This document shows positions 17,256 to 25,940 of a stretch of DNA of 64,000 bases, one piece after another. Within the stretch, counting starts at the first letter, position 1. Each line of letters opens with the position of its first letter. Both the position numbers and the translations under genes were made by a program. Source of the DNA: an uncultured Chloroflexia bacterium. GTDB lineage: Bacteria > Chloroflexota > Anaerolineae > Anaerolineales > Villigracilaceae. The stretch is taken from contig CAWHNA010000003.1 of NCBI GenBank assembly GCA_963830585.1, positions 792,903 through 856,902 on the forward strand, given 5' to 3'. Below the pieces are notes generated by a model. That model did no database searches. It saw only the letters and a program-made list of their open reading frames with translations, and was not told where the DNA came from.

Positions 17256-19433
17256 CTATTCCTGGCCGTAAACTCCGATACGACTCTCATTCCTTGCCAG
17301 TGGCCGAGTCTGGCCCGTTTTCTCGATCCGAACCTTTACAGCCGCGTATGCCAAACCTCCAGCCGAATTGAGCTTTAGGGGTAGTAACCTGGCTGGGTTC
17401 GCCCCGCGGCCAGCCGCGTATTGTCCGTAAGTAATATGCCCCTGTCCAAAAGGCATGGCGATCACGTCCAGGTCGATGGCGGGGTAGCGGTAAACCGAAG
17501 CCTCCACTTCCCCTTGATCGGAAATGACCCTGACCAGGTCATCATCTTTGAGGCCGAGCTTGTCTGCTGTCACAGGGTTGATTTCGACCCATGAATTCCA
17601 CATGACTGTGGTCAATGGGTCAGGTGCTTCCTGAAGCCAGGGTTTGTTTGCGCCATTACCATCTCCCATCAATGTGGATGGATAAACATGCAAAAATAGA
17701 TCCCCGCCTCCCTCGAACGTAGCTTGGGAAAGTGACAAGCTGTTCGCAAGGGCGGTCGCCGCGCTGGGTGCTGTTAATCCGGCTGCTTGAGTCCACCAGC
17801 CCCCGTTTTGCTGCCATTCCGCCCAAAAGGTGTTGATTTCAGGCGCATTAAAATATCCATTCTCGCTTACCAGGCCTAATACGGAATGTTGCAGGAACTC
17901 CACTTCGTCCATGTAGGGCACTGACTTTGCCAGGTCACCTCCCGTCGACTGCACTGCTGCCAGCAGAACATCTGAGGTGGCTTCCGTATTATAGAAAGGT
18001 AAAACGACCGGTTGGGAAGCAGAGACCACCGCCCGGTCTGCGGCCGGAACCGGGAGCTGATAGCCCCATGATTCGAGCGGATGATGATCTGGAAAAATGT
18101 AGTCCGCCTGGGAAGCAGTCTCGTCCGGGTAGGTCGAGAATGAAATGACCAGTGGAACACTGGCCAGCGCTTCTTCAAAACCAAGCGCGGTCGGGAGTTC
18201 AAAGACAGGATTGATCCCGTGCACAAACAGGACTTCGATCTGGCCGGCTTTCATCCTCTCTACCAAATCTGTTATGTCGGTAAATGGATTTGGTCCGTTG
18301 CTCCCAACCGGGTGGACGGGCAGGTCTGGTGTGAAGGCAACCCCGCCCGGTTTGCCAAGGTTGTCAACCAGGGCGTCAAGCATCAGCACGGCTTGCGCAG
18401 TTTCCAGGCCATTACTGGCAGCCACGGCTGTCCCGCCTGCGATGGCGAGCGGGGCGGAAGCTCCACTGAAAATGCCCGCCAGGCGATTTAGTTTGCTTAT
18501 ATCCACCCCTGAAACTGCGGCTGCAGCCTTTACATCCACGTTGAGGAAAGCCTCTGGCAGGGCGCCTCCCCGTAATTCGGAGATTAGCCTGCCCAGGGCG
18601 AGTGCTACGTGCCCTTCACTTCCTGGGCGGATCGGGATCCATTCGTCAGCCTTTGCAGCTGTTTGCGACATGCGCGGTTCGAATTGGACAAGGTAACCGC
18701 GCCGCCCGGGGGTACCTTGGCGCAGGGAGGCATAGCCGCGCGTATAAGCCACCGGGCTCAACCAGGTCCCGAGAAAATCTGCTCCGAAGGAAAAGGTTAC
18801 ATCGCTGTTGCCGATGTCGAAAACCGGCAGGTTTCGCTGTCCCAATACGGTGTTGGCAGCCTCCGACAGGGTCTCACGTGCTTCCAGATAACCGAATGCA
18901 CTATAACGCAGGGGAGCAGGGGCTCCAAGTGCGGCCGTTATCTCGCCTGCCAGGTCGGACAAGTGGTCCGGTACCAACCCAAGCAGGAAGGCAATTTCGG
19001 AACCTGCATGGTTACCAAGGGCGTCTTTGATGACGCTGACCGCTTCATCCCAACTCAAGGTGGTGAAGTCCCCCGTACCGCGACCATTTTGGCGGAATGG
19101 TTTTTTATGGCGGTCAGGGTTGTAGAGCCCTTGCAATGCGGTCTGGCCTCGCGCGCATAATTTCCCTTTGTTGACTGGATGGTTCGGATTGCCTTCGATC
19201 TTGATGGCGCGCCCCTGGTGGGTCCGCACCACGATCCCGCAGCCAGCCGGGCATTCCCGGCAGGTGCTGGCATAATAGGTGCTTTGCCCGTTATAGGTGT
19301 ATTCGGGCATTTTGAGGTATGGTTCGCGCACCACATAACGCCAGGCTGGTCCACACCCCGTCAGGACGGCGGTAGCAGCAGCGCTGGCTCCGACCAGTTT
19401 AAGGAAGTCGCGTCTGGTTAGATGCTTTATCAT
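17256..19433 (-). CDS. actB: alternative complex III subunit ActB1 (molybdopterin-oxidoreductase-like, Tat signal)
   Basis: 725 aa with a twin-arginine signal (TRRDFLKLVGASAAATAV), an N-terminal CRECPAGCG cluster motif and an MopB-like fold. Confidence 0.8.
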   Translation of the reverse strand: MIKHLTRRDFLKLVGASAAATAVLTGCGPAWRYVVREPYLKMPEYTYNGQSTYYASTCRECPAGCGIVVRTHQGRAIKIEGNPNHPVNKGKLCARGQTALQGLYNPDRHKKPFRQNGRGTGDFTTLSWDEAVSVIKDALGNHAGSEIAFLLGLVPDHLSDLAGEITAALGAPAPLRYSAFGYLEARETLSEAANTVLGQRNLPVFDIGNSDVTFSFGADFLGTWLSPVAYTRGYASLRQGTPGRRGYLVQFEPRMSQTAAKADEWIPIRPGSEGHVALALGRLISELRGGALPEAFLNVDVKAAAAVSGVDISKLNRLAGIFSGASAPLAIAGGTAVAASNGLETAQAVLMLDALVDNLGKPGGVAFTPDLPVHPVGSNGPNPFTDITDLVERMKAGQIEVLFVHGINPVFELPTALGFEEALASVPLVISFSTYPDETASQADYIFPDHHPLESWGYQLPVPAADRAVVSASQPVVLPFYNTEATSDVLLAAVQSTGGDLAKSVPYMDEVEFLQHSVLGLVSENGYFNAPEINTFWAEWQQNGGWWTQAAGLTAPSAATALANSLSLSQATFEGGGDLFLHVYPSTLMGDGNGANKPWLQEAPDPLTTVMWNSWVEINPVTADKLGLKDDDLVRVISDQGEVEASVYRYPAIDLDVIAMPFGQGHITYGQYAAGRGANPARLLPLKLNSAGGLAYAAVKVRIEKTGQTRPLARNESRIGVYGQE

Positions 19434-19502
19434 GTGTTGTCCCTATAATAATCTGTCAATCCATGCGACCTAAATTCTCGGGTAAGCTCTTAAATCAGTT
19501 TT

Positions 19503-20078
19503 CTACCTGTGGCAGGTGGTGCAGCTTGTTAATCGGATGAGTTTCTCCTGGTTCCCAGCTGCCTTCGTACGATGGCAGCTGAGGCACCAGCCCATGTTCT
19601 CGCGCGGGATCGGTTGGGCAACTGTTTCGCGGCTGATCTCTCCGTGACAGGTTTCACAGTTCAACCCGGCTGCGATGTGTGGACGGTGGTTAAAATAAAC
19701 GAAATCCGGTTGGATGAAGACTGGCACCCAGGGGATGGCTTCCTGGCTTTTGACAAATTCAACCAGTTTTTGTTGTTCCGGTTTGCTGTTGGCCATTTGC
19801 TGGTGGCACCCCCAACACTTGGCAACAGTTGGAAGTCCGGCTGAAGCTTGCTTCCAGGCCCCCGGATGACAGTAAAGACATTGCACTCCCAGGGTAAGAT
19901 GCGTCTGGTGGTTGAATTGGAGAGGTTGTGGCGGCGGCTGCTGTAAACTCCAGACCCCGAAACTGGCCGCGCTGAATAACAGGATAAAAACAATACCCAT
20001 CCCTATCAGGAAAGCTGGTCTCCGGACCAGCTTTCTGACCGATTCGAGCAGGTTGATTTTCTTAAGTCGCGTCAACAT
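19503..20078 (-). CDS. actA: alternative complex III subunit ActA (pentahaem cytochrome c)
   Basis: 191 aa with an N-terminal TM and five CxxCH motifs: CLYCH, CWGCH, CETCH, CLSCH, CTTCH. Confidence 0.85.
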   Translation of the reverse strand: MLTRLKKINLLESVRKLVRRPAFLIGMGIVFILLFSAASFGVWSLQQPPPQPLQFNHQTHLTLGVQCLYCHPGAWKQASAGLPTVAKCWGCHQQMANSKPEQQKLVEFVKSQEAIPWVPVFIQPDFVYFNHRPHIAAGLNCETCHGEISRETVAQPIPRENMGWCLSCHRTKAAGNQEKLIRLTSCTTCHR

Positions 20079-20124
20079 GCAATCTCCTGGAATGGTTGAA
20101 TTGGGACCTGTATATTTAAGCGAA

Positions 20125-21090
20125 TTATCTCTTTCGCCTCAAAAGGATGACAACCAGCAATCCAATTAAGAGGAAGCCGCCGATGAAAACAAACACGTAG
20201 CCGATGGCACTAAAAAAAACTACGAAACTTGTAAGGAGTCCGTTCCACCAGTTGTCTCCAGGGCCTCCCAGCGTGATTCCAGGAGTAGCCACTTGAACTG
20301 CCGGTGCAGAGGTGGGGAGCGGATGTTGGCTGGGAAGAGTTTGAACATAGGCAAGCACGTCACGCCCGTCTTCCGGCGTCCACCCAAGGTTGGCACCCAC
20401 CGGCATGGGAGTGCCTGATACACCGAAGCGTGTCCGGTGCAGGAAACGCCACGGATCTCGCTGGGCTACATCACCCAGGTTTTCGTCAATGCCTTCACTG
20501 CGGAAAATGATCTTGCTGCCATCCAGGCCATGGCAGGTGGAGCAGGTGCCCTCGAAGAGCGTCTTTCCGTGAATCTTGTCACCGCCGATGACGCGCATCG
20601 AGATTGGGTCGATATACAGGCTGTCATCGATCGTCCCATATTTTAGGAACGCTGCCAACTGTTCCATCGAAGTTTGATCAAGATACTTGGAGAAATTATG
20701 AGCCGGATCGTTGATCCCATTCAGATGGTTGACGATATCCGTCTCGCTTAAATGACTTGCCAGGGTCATCACATCCGGGAAACCCGTGAAATGGGAACCG
20801 GAGGCATTTGCTCCCTGGACACCCCGATAATCCCACCCATGGCATTCCACGCAGCGCCAGGTGGCTGGTCCCGACCGGCTGTTTGTTGTTTGGCGTGACC
20901 AGATTGGCATGTTACCGGTAGGCGCTTCCACCCCCAATGCGGCGAACCAGTTGTCGTATAAAATGGCACCACGAATAATATCAGTTTGTGAAGGTTTTTC
21001 CCCCTGGGCTTGTGTCCCAGAGACGAACACGAGCGCAAGGCCAATAATGATGAACGAAAATGGCAACCAAAATTTATTGCGCAGCCTCAT
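20125..21090 (-). CDS. dihaem c-type cytochrome with signal peptide and C-terminal TM anchor, first gene of the act transcription unit
   Basis: ATG 21090 (MRLRNKFWLPFSFIIIGLALVFVSGTQAQG) follows a GGAGGAG RBS. Haem motifs are CVECH and CSTCH. The C-terminal TM is FVVFFSAIGYVFVFIGGFLLIGLLVVILLRRKR. The track start at 21159 is rejected because it has no RBS. Confidence 0.7.
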   Translation of the reverse strand: MRLRNKFWLPFSFIIIGLALVFVSGTQAQGEKPSQTDIIRGAILYDNWFAALGVEAPTGNMPIWSRQTTNSRSGPATWRCVECHGWDYRGVQGANASGSHFTGFPDVMTLASHLSETDIVNHLNGINDPAHNFSKYLDQTSMEQLAAFLKYGTIDDSLYIDPISMRVIGGDKIHGKTLFEGTCSTCHGLDGSKIIFRSEGIDENLGDVAQRDPWRFLHRTRFGVSGTPMPVGANLGWTPEDGRDVLAYVQTLPSQHPLPTSAPAVQVATPGITLGGPGDNWWNGLLTSFVVFFSAIGYVFVFIGGFLLIGLLVVILLRRKR

Positions 21091-21139
21091 TTGCGCTCTC
21101 CTCCGCCAACAATTTCGATCAATTAAATTATACATCAAT

Positions 21140-21158
21140 TGACAGGAATACCCTGTCA
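21140..21158. promoter_or_regulatory. perfect inverted repeat TGACAGG-N5-CCTGTCA in the divergent act/cox control region (candidate operator, overlaps a TTGACA -35-like hexamer)
   Basis: Read directly from sequence: ttGACAGGaatacCCTGTCAta. It lies between the cytochrome start (21090, minus) and the coxB start (21221, plus). Confidence 0.35.
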
Positions 21159-21220
21159 TATGTTGGTCGTGATATACTTATTTTGATATTATTTTGTTTC
21201 TTCGGCTTTGGAGGGGTCGT

Positions 21221-22222
21221 ATGAAGCACTTTGTAATTATCGCGGTCCTGGTGGTGGGTAGTACGCTTCTTTTACATATGGGGTTGACGGACATTGGCCT
21301 CCTGCCCAAGGAGGCCAGTATTCAAGCGGCGCAGGTCGATCAACTTTTCGGTATCCACGTGTGGTTGATCTCGGCCCTTTTTTCCCTCATTATTATCACA
21401 TTACTCTACAGTCTGATCCTTTTTCGTCGGAAGAAAGGCGAGGTCGGCGATGGAGCCTATATCGTCGGCAATAACAGGCTGGAAGTATTATGGACCATGA
21501 TCCCATTTTTCGTGGTCCTGTATCTTGCTTACCTTGGAGGCCAGTCGCTGGGTATTATTCGTACTGTGGATCCCACAGCCCTCGTTGTGCGGGTGACTGC
21601 CGGGCAGTGGTTCTGGAAGTTCCAATATCCGGACACGGGTATTACCTCATCCACTTTATATCTGCCGGTCGGGCGCCAGGTTGATTTGCAAATGACGAGT
21701 CTTGACGTCATCCATTCCTTTTGGGTGCCGGAATTTCGCACCAAGCAGGATATTGTCCCTGGTCAGACTACCGAATTACGTATTACTCCTGATTTAATTG
21801 GCACCTACCATGTCCGTTGCGCGGTGCTTTGCGGAACTAGGCATGCTTACATGGAGGCACCTGTTTATGTGGTTTCACCGCAGGATTTTGATACATGGGT
21901 GGCCCTGCAAGTTGCTTCATTGCCCACCGATCCCGTATCCCTCGGCAGTCTACTCGTACAGCAGAATGGCTGCGTAAACTGTCACTCGGTGTCAGGTGCG
22001 GCTGGTATTGGCCCCACCTGGCAGCATTTGTACCAGTCAACGGTGACCTTATCAGACGGGAGCACGGTCACTGCGGATGACGCCTATTTGAAAAACTCGA
22101 TTTTGACACCCAACCTTCAGATCGTAAAAGGGTTCTACCCTGATGTAATGCCCAATTTTTCCACCGTGCTGAAACAGACGGATGTGGAAAATATCATTGC
22201 ATATATACAGAGCCTGAAATAG
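21221..22222 (+). CDS. coxB: cytochrome c oxidase subunit II with fused C-terminal cytochrome c domain (caa3 type)
   Basis: ATG 21221 follows GGAGGGG. The CuA region is HSFWVPEF..CAVLCGTRHAYM and the C-terminal haem motif is CVNCH. Confidence 0.9.
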   Translation: MKHFVIIAVLVVGSTLLLHMGLTDIGLLPKEASIQAAQVDQLFGIHVWLISALFSLIIITLLYSLILFRRKKGEVGDGAYIVGNNRLEVLWTMIPFFVVLYLAYLGGQSLGIIRTVDPTALVVRVTAGQWFWKFQYPDTGITSSTLYLPVGRQVDLQMTSLDVIHSFWVPEFRTKQDIVPGQTTELRITPDLIGTYHVRCAVLCGTRHAYMEAPVYVVSPQDFDTWVALQVASLPTDPVSLGSLLVQQNGCVNCHSVSGAAGIGPTWQHLYQSTVTLSDGSTVTADDAYLKNSILTPNLQIVKGFYPDVMPNFSTVLKQTDVENIIAYIQSLK

Positions 22223-22229
22223 GGAGACC

Positions 22230-24068
22230 TTGATGAAAAAATTTTCTTCCATTGGTTTGGTAAACGGCTTGCTTTGGCAGGCTATCGGGATCGCGGTTGG
22301 CATCGGATATGTAACCTTGATGCGCTTGGTGATGCACCTTCCTGCCTGGAAAGCTGAACCGGCAGTTGTTGTAGGAATGCTGTTTGGGGCGATTTTCTTC
22401 CTTTATGGGGTTGGGGTGTTGGATGACTGGTTGAAATGGGCTGCTGGTCACGAATCCGGCCAGTCCTTTGATGAAACCCACTCCGGCTGGCACCGCTATT
22501 TTGGCTCCTCGCTGGACCACAAGGTGATCGGAGTCCAGTACCTGGCTCTGGCTTTAACCTTGATGTCCGTCGCGGGCATATTTGCCATGATCTTCCGTAT
22601 CGAGCTCGCCCAGCCTCAAATGCAGATCTTAACTCTCGATCAGTACAACACCCTGATGTCCTTGCACGGGATTGTGATGATAATTTCCATCCTGATGGGT
22701 GTTGCTGCCTTCATGAATTACCTGGTACCGATGTTGATTGGCGCGAGAGACATGGCCTTCCCGCGCCTGAACTCTTTCTCGTTCTGGATCGCGGTTCCCG
22801 CTGGTCTCATTCTTCTTTCCAGCCTGGTTCTTGGCGGGTTTGATACCGGATGGACCGGTTACCCGCCTCTCTCGGCACGCGCTCCATTGGGAATGCAGAT
22901 GTTCTTCCTGGGTGTTTCGTTGGCAGGTTTTTCGTCAATTTTTGGAGGGCTTAACATTATTGCCACAATTATCAGGATGCGAGCTAGGGGGATGCACCCA
23001 TTTCGCATGCCGATTTTTGTCTGGGCGGCTCTGGCCACCTCCCTGATCACCCTCACTGCCACAGAGTTGATCGGTCTTTCTTTCCAAATGGTCATGCTCC
23101 AGCGCTTGCTTGGGATGGGGTTCTTCGACCCTGCCAAGGGAGGCAACCCCATCCTTTTCCAGCACCTATTCTGGTTCTATTCCCACCCGGCGGTGTATGT
23201 ATTCGTCCTGCCTGGGCTGGGTATTATTAGCGAACTGCTGCCGGTTTTTGCTCGAAAGCCGCTCTTTGGTTACAGGGCGGTGGCTCTGTCCTCCCTTGCC
23301 ATTGCCCTGATCGGGTTCCTTGTTTGGGGGCACCATATGTTTGCCTCGGGAATGGCTGAATATCTGCGGGTTCCCTTCATGTACAGCACACTTTTAATAG
23401 CTGTCCCAACTGGCGTTAAATTCTTCTCATGGCTGGGAACTGTCTGGCGTGGGAAGATCAGCTTCGACACCCCCATGCTCTTTCTTCTGGGGGGAATTGT
23501 GATCTTCCTGCTCGGGGGTCTGTCCGGTCCCCCCAATGCTACCATCTCGACCGACTTGCATTTGACGAATTCTTATTTCATTGTGGGTCATTTCCACGAT
23601 ACGATGTTTGGAGGTTATATTTTCCCATTTTTTGCTGCGATCTACTATTGGTTCCCGAAGATGACGGGCCGCCGCCTCAATGAGAAGCTCGGAAAACTCC
23701 AATTCTGGTTGATTGCTCCTTCGTTCACCGTAATGACCCTGTTTATGATGCGCATTGGGCTACTCGGCATGCGGCGGCGCATCGCAGACTACGATCCAGC
23801 AATGGGATTTCAACCATACCATTTTGTGATGACCATCATGGGTATTGTTACTGCAATTGGGGTGCTCGTTTTCTTTATTAACTTGTTTTATAGCATGAAA
23901 AAAGGAACTGTTGCTTCAGGGAACTTATGGAATTCTCGCTCCCCTGAATGGTTGGTACCATCACCCATGCCGGTCCATAATTATGAAAAAGAAGTGGAGG
24001 TGGTCGGAGAGCCATATGATTATGGTTTACCCGGTTCGAGGTATATAAAATTCGAGGGAGAGGAATAA
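22230..24068 (+). CDS. coxA: cytochrome c oxidase subunit I (with an ~70-aa two-TM N-terminal extension)
   Basis: 612 aa. LDHKVIGVQYL appears only at about residue 92. Other motifs: WFYSHPAVYV, GHHMF, HFHDT. Confidence 0.9.
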   Translation: MMKKFSSIGLVNGLLWQAIGIAVGIGYVTLMRLVMHLPAWKAEPAVVVGMLFGAIFFLYGVGVLDDWLKWAAGHESGQSFDETHSGWHRYFGSSLDHKVIGVQYLALALTLMSVAGIFAMIFRIELAQPQMQILTLDQYNTLMSLHGIVMIISILMGVAAFMNYLVPMLIGARDMAFPRLNSFSFWIAVPAGLILLSSLVLGGFDTGWTGYPPLSARAPLGMQMFFLGVSLAGFSSIFGGLNIIATIIRMRARGMHPFRMPIFVWAALATSLITLTATELIGLSFQMVMLQRLLGMGFFDPAKGGNPILFQHLFWFYSHPAVYVFVLPGLGIISELLPVFARKPLFGYRAVALSSLAIALIGFLVWGHHMFASGMAEYLRVPFMYSTLLIAVPTGVKFFSWLGTVWRGKISFDTPMLFLLGGIVIFLLGGLSGPPNATISTDLHLTNSYFIVGHFHDTMFGGYIFPFFAAIYYWFPKMTGRRLNEKLGKLQFWLIAPSFTVMTLFMMRIGLLGMRRRIADYDPAMGFQPYHFVMTIMGIVTAIGVLVFFINLFYSMKKGTVASGNLWNSRSPEWLVPSPMPVHNYEKEVEVVGEPYDYGLPGSRYIKFEGEE

Positions 24069-24069
24069 C

Positions 24070-24831
24070 ATGGCTCATTCCGAAGAGTCCTCTGGATTTC
24101 GCCTGGGACTGATTATTTTCATTGGCCTGGCGTTGCTTACTGCCCTCGAATTCGTGGTTGCACAGATCCTGAACGTATGGGAACTTTTGGCGTTCATTGC
24201 CCTCATCAAAGCCGGGTTGGTTGGCTATTACTATATGCACATTTATCGGCTTTTTCGGGGCGATACCGACTCTGACCGTGAATCTTATGCATATAAACTC
24301 GTGACCAGCCGCCTGGGTTTGTGGTTATTCCTGGTATCGGATGCATTCATTTTCGGTGGTTTGCTCATTGCCCGGATCAACTTGCTCGGCCTGACCCGCC
24401 CCGACTTGATCCAATATCTTGGACTCACGGTAACCTCGGTTCTTCTCCTATCCTCATTTTTTATGAACCGAGCCGAGACGGCGATGGCTCGCGGAAACCG
24501 CAAACAATTTATCCTGGGAGCCTCAAGCACTTTGGCGCTGGGGATCCTATTCTTGATCGGTGTGATAGGCGTGGAGTGGCAGCTCGCGCCGTTCGGACCT
24601 GGAGATGGGGTCGAAGGCGCAGTTTTCTATTCGATGACCGGTTTCCATGCCTTCCATGTCCTCACTGGCGTCATTTTCCTGTCAATAGTGCTGCGCAATG
24701 GCATGCGAGGCAAGTATTCAGTTGAAAAACACTGGGGGGTTGAAGCCTGTGCAGTATATTGGCATTTCATCGATGTCGTTTGGATTTTTTTCTACCCGTC
24801 CATATATTTAATGGGGACCCTTTTGCACTGA
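24070..24831 (+). CDS. coxC: cytochrome c oxidase subunit III with an N-terminal subunit-IV-family (COX4_pro-like) two-TM module
   Basis: Residues 1-65 are LALLTALEFVVAQ..FIALIKAGLVGYYYMHI (subunit IV family pattern ..KA.LV...FMH). The remainder is CoxIII (LWLFLVSDAFIFGGL, FHAFHVLTGV, WHFIDVVWIFFYP). Confidence 0.8.
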   Translation: MAHSEESSGFRLGLIIFIGLALLTALEFVVAQILNVWELLAFIALIKAGLVGYYYMHIYRLFRGDTDSDRESYAYKLVTSRLGLWLFLVSDAFIFGGLLIARINLLGLTRPDLIQYLGLTVTSVLLLSSFFMNRAETAMARGNRKQFILGASSTLALGILFLIGVIGVEWQLAPFGPGDGVEGAVFYSMTGFHAFHVLTGVIFLSIVLRNGMRGKYSVEKHWGVEACAVYWHFIDVVWIFFYPSIYLMGTLLH

Positions 24832-24853
24832 CCTGCCTCTCCGGGCTAAAAGC

Positions 24854-25438
24854 ATGGAGCGTAAATCCCTCTGGGTAATTGGTATTTTGTTTGCCGTGGC
24901 TCTGGTCGCGGTGGGTCTGACCTATTATTTCCAATTACACTCCCAGGCTTTCAAAGGCGAGGTGATTGACCCGCCTGCCCTCGCTCCGGACATTTCCCTG
25001 ACTGGCCAGGATGGAAGCATAGTCCGCCTTTCCGATTTTCGCGGCAAGGTTGTATTGGTCTTCTTCGGGTATACCAATTGCCCGGATGAATGCCCGGCTA
25101 CAATGGCCATCCTTCGTCAGGTGCGCACGGATTTGGGAGCTGTTGCCTCTGAAATTCAAGTCTTATTTGTGACAACTGATCCGGTCCGGGATTCTCCTCA
25201 GCAGTTGGCAAAATTCCTGGCACGTTTTGACCCGACATTCATCGGGTTGACCGGTTCTCCCTCTGACCTGGCAGGGGTTTATACGAACTATGGCGTTACC
25301 GTTCTTGATAATGGTCAAACCCATTCCACACGAATATACGTGGTCGACCGAAATGGCATGCTGGGATTGACCCTGCCCACCGGTATGACTCCCGCTGATA
25401 TTGAACATGATCTCCGCCTCGTGCTTGAAGGCAAATAG
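24854..25438 (+). CDS. SCO1/SenC copper chaperone (thioredoxin fold)
   Basis: 194 aa with an N-terminal TM, FGYTNCPDECP (CxxxC) and a conserved downstream His (QTHSTRIYVVD). Confidence 0.85.
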   Translation: MERKSLWVIGILFAVALVAVGLTYYFQLHSQAFKGEVIDPPALAPDISLTGQDGSIVRLSDFRGKVVLVFFGYTNCPDECPATMAILRQVRTDLGAVASEIQVLFVTTDPVRDSPQQLAKFLARFDPTFIGLTGSPSDLAGVYTNYGVTVLDNGQTHSTRIYVVDRNGMLGLTLPTGMTPADIEHDLRLVLEGK

Positions 25439-25439
25439 C

Positions 25440-25928
25440 ATGCGCAAAGCGATAATTATCAGGGTAATCCTCAGTATAATTGCGGGTCTCGTGATCGGGG
25501 TGATTATTAGCGAGGTTAGTTTCCGGTCCCAGTCCAACTTGAGCCGCTCACCCGGGACGGTTGAACTGGTCATACCGGCTGGCGCTGCTGCGAAATCCAG
25601 CCAGGGCATTTCCCTCATCCCGGCTGGCATGACGTTCGTCCAGGGTGATGTGTTGGTTGTGCATAACTATGACAATGTGACTCATACCCTGGGCGATTTG
25701 TTCATTCCGGCAGGATCAACTGCCACTATGGCTCTCAATCAACCAGGGAACCTGGTTCTAAACTGCTCGTTCCGTCCCAGCCAGACCTTTGGTCTCGATG
25801 TTCGCGAATCACTTACCTTCGGAACTCGCCTGCAGGGTATTATCCTTGCAGGTGTACCCCTTGCCATCTTACTGGGTCTGTATAGCCTGGCAGTCTGGCC
25901 GATAACCAAAGTGAAGGCTCAGCCCTGA
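25440..25928 (+). CDS. hypothetical bitopic membrane protein with a cupredoxin-like beta domain, inside the cox assembly cluster
   Basis: ATG 25440 is 1 nt after the SCO1 stop. It has TM helices at both ends. The middle reads VELVIPAGAAAKS..GDVLVVHNYDNVTHTLGDLFIPAGSTATMAL..NCSF, resembling the cupredoxin strand pattern. I recognise no named family. Confidence 0.5.
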   Translation: MRKAIIIRVILSIIAGLVIGVIISEVSFRSQSNLSRSPGTVELVIPAGAAAKSSQGISLIPAGMTFVQGDVLVVHNYDNVTHTLGDLFIPAGSTATMALNQPGNLVLNCSFRPSQTFGLDVRESLTFGTRLQGIILAGVPLAILLGLYSLAVWPITKVKAQP

Positions 25929-25940
25929 CAGTCCCCAACT

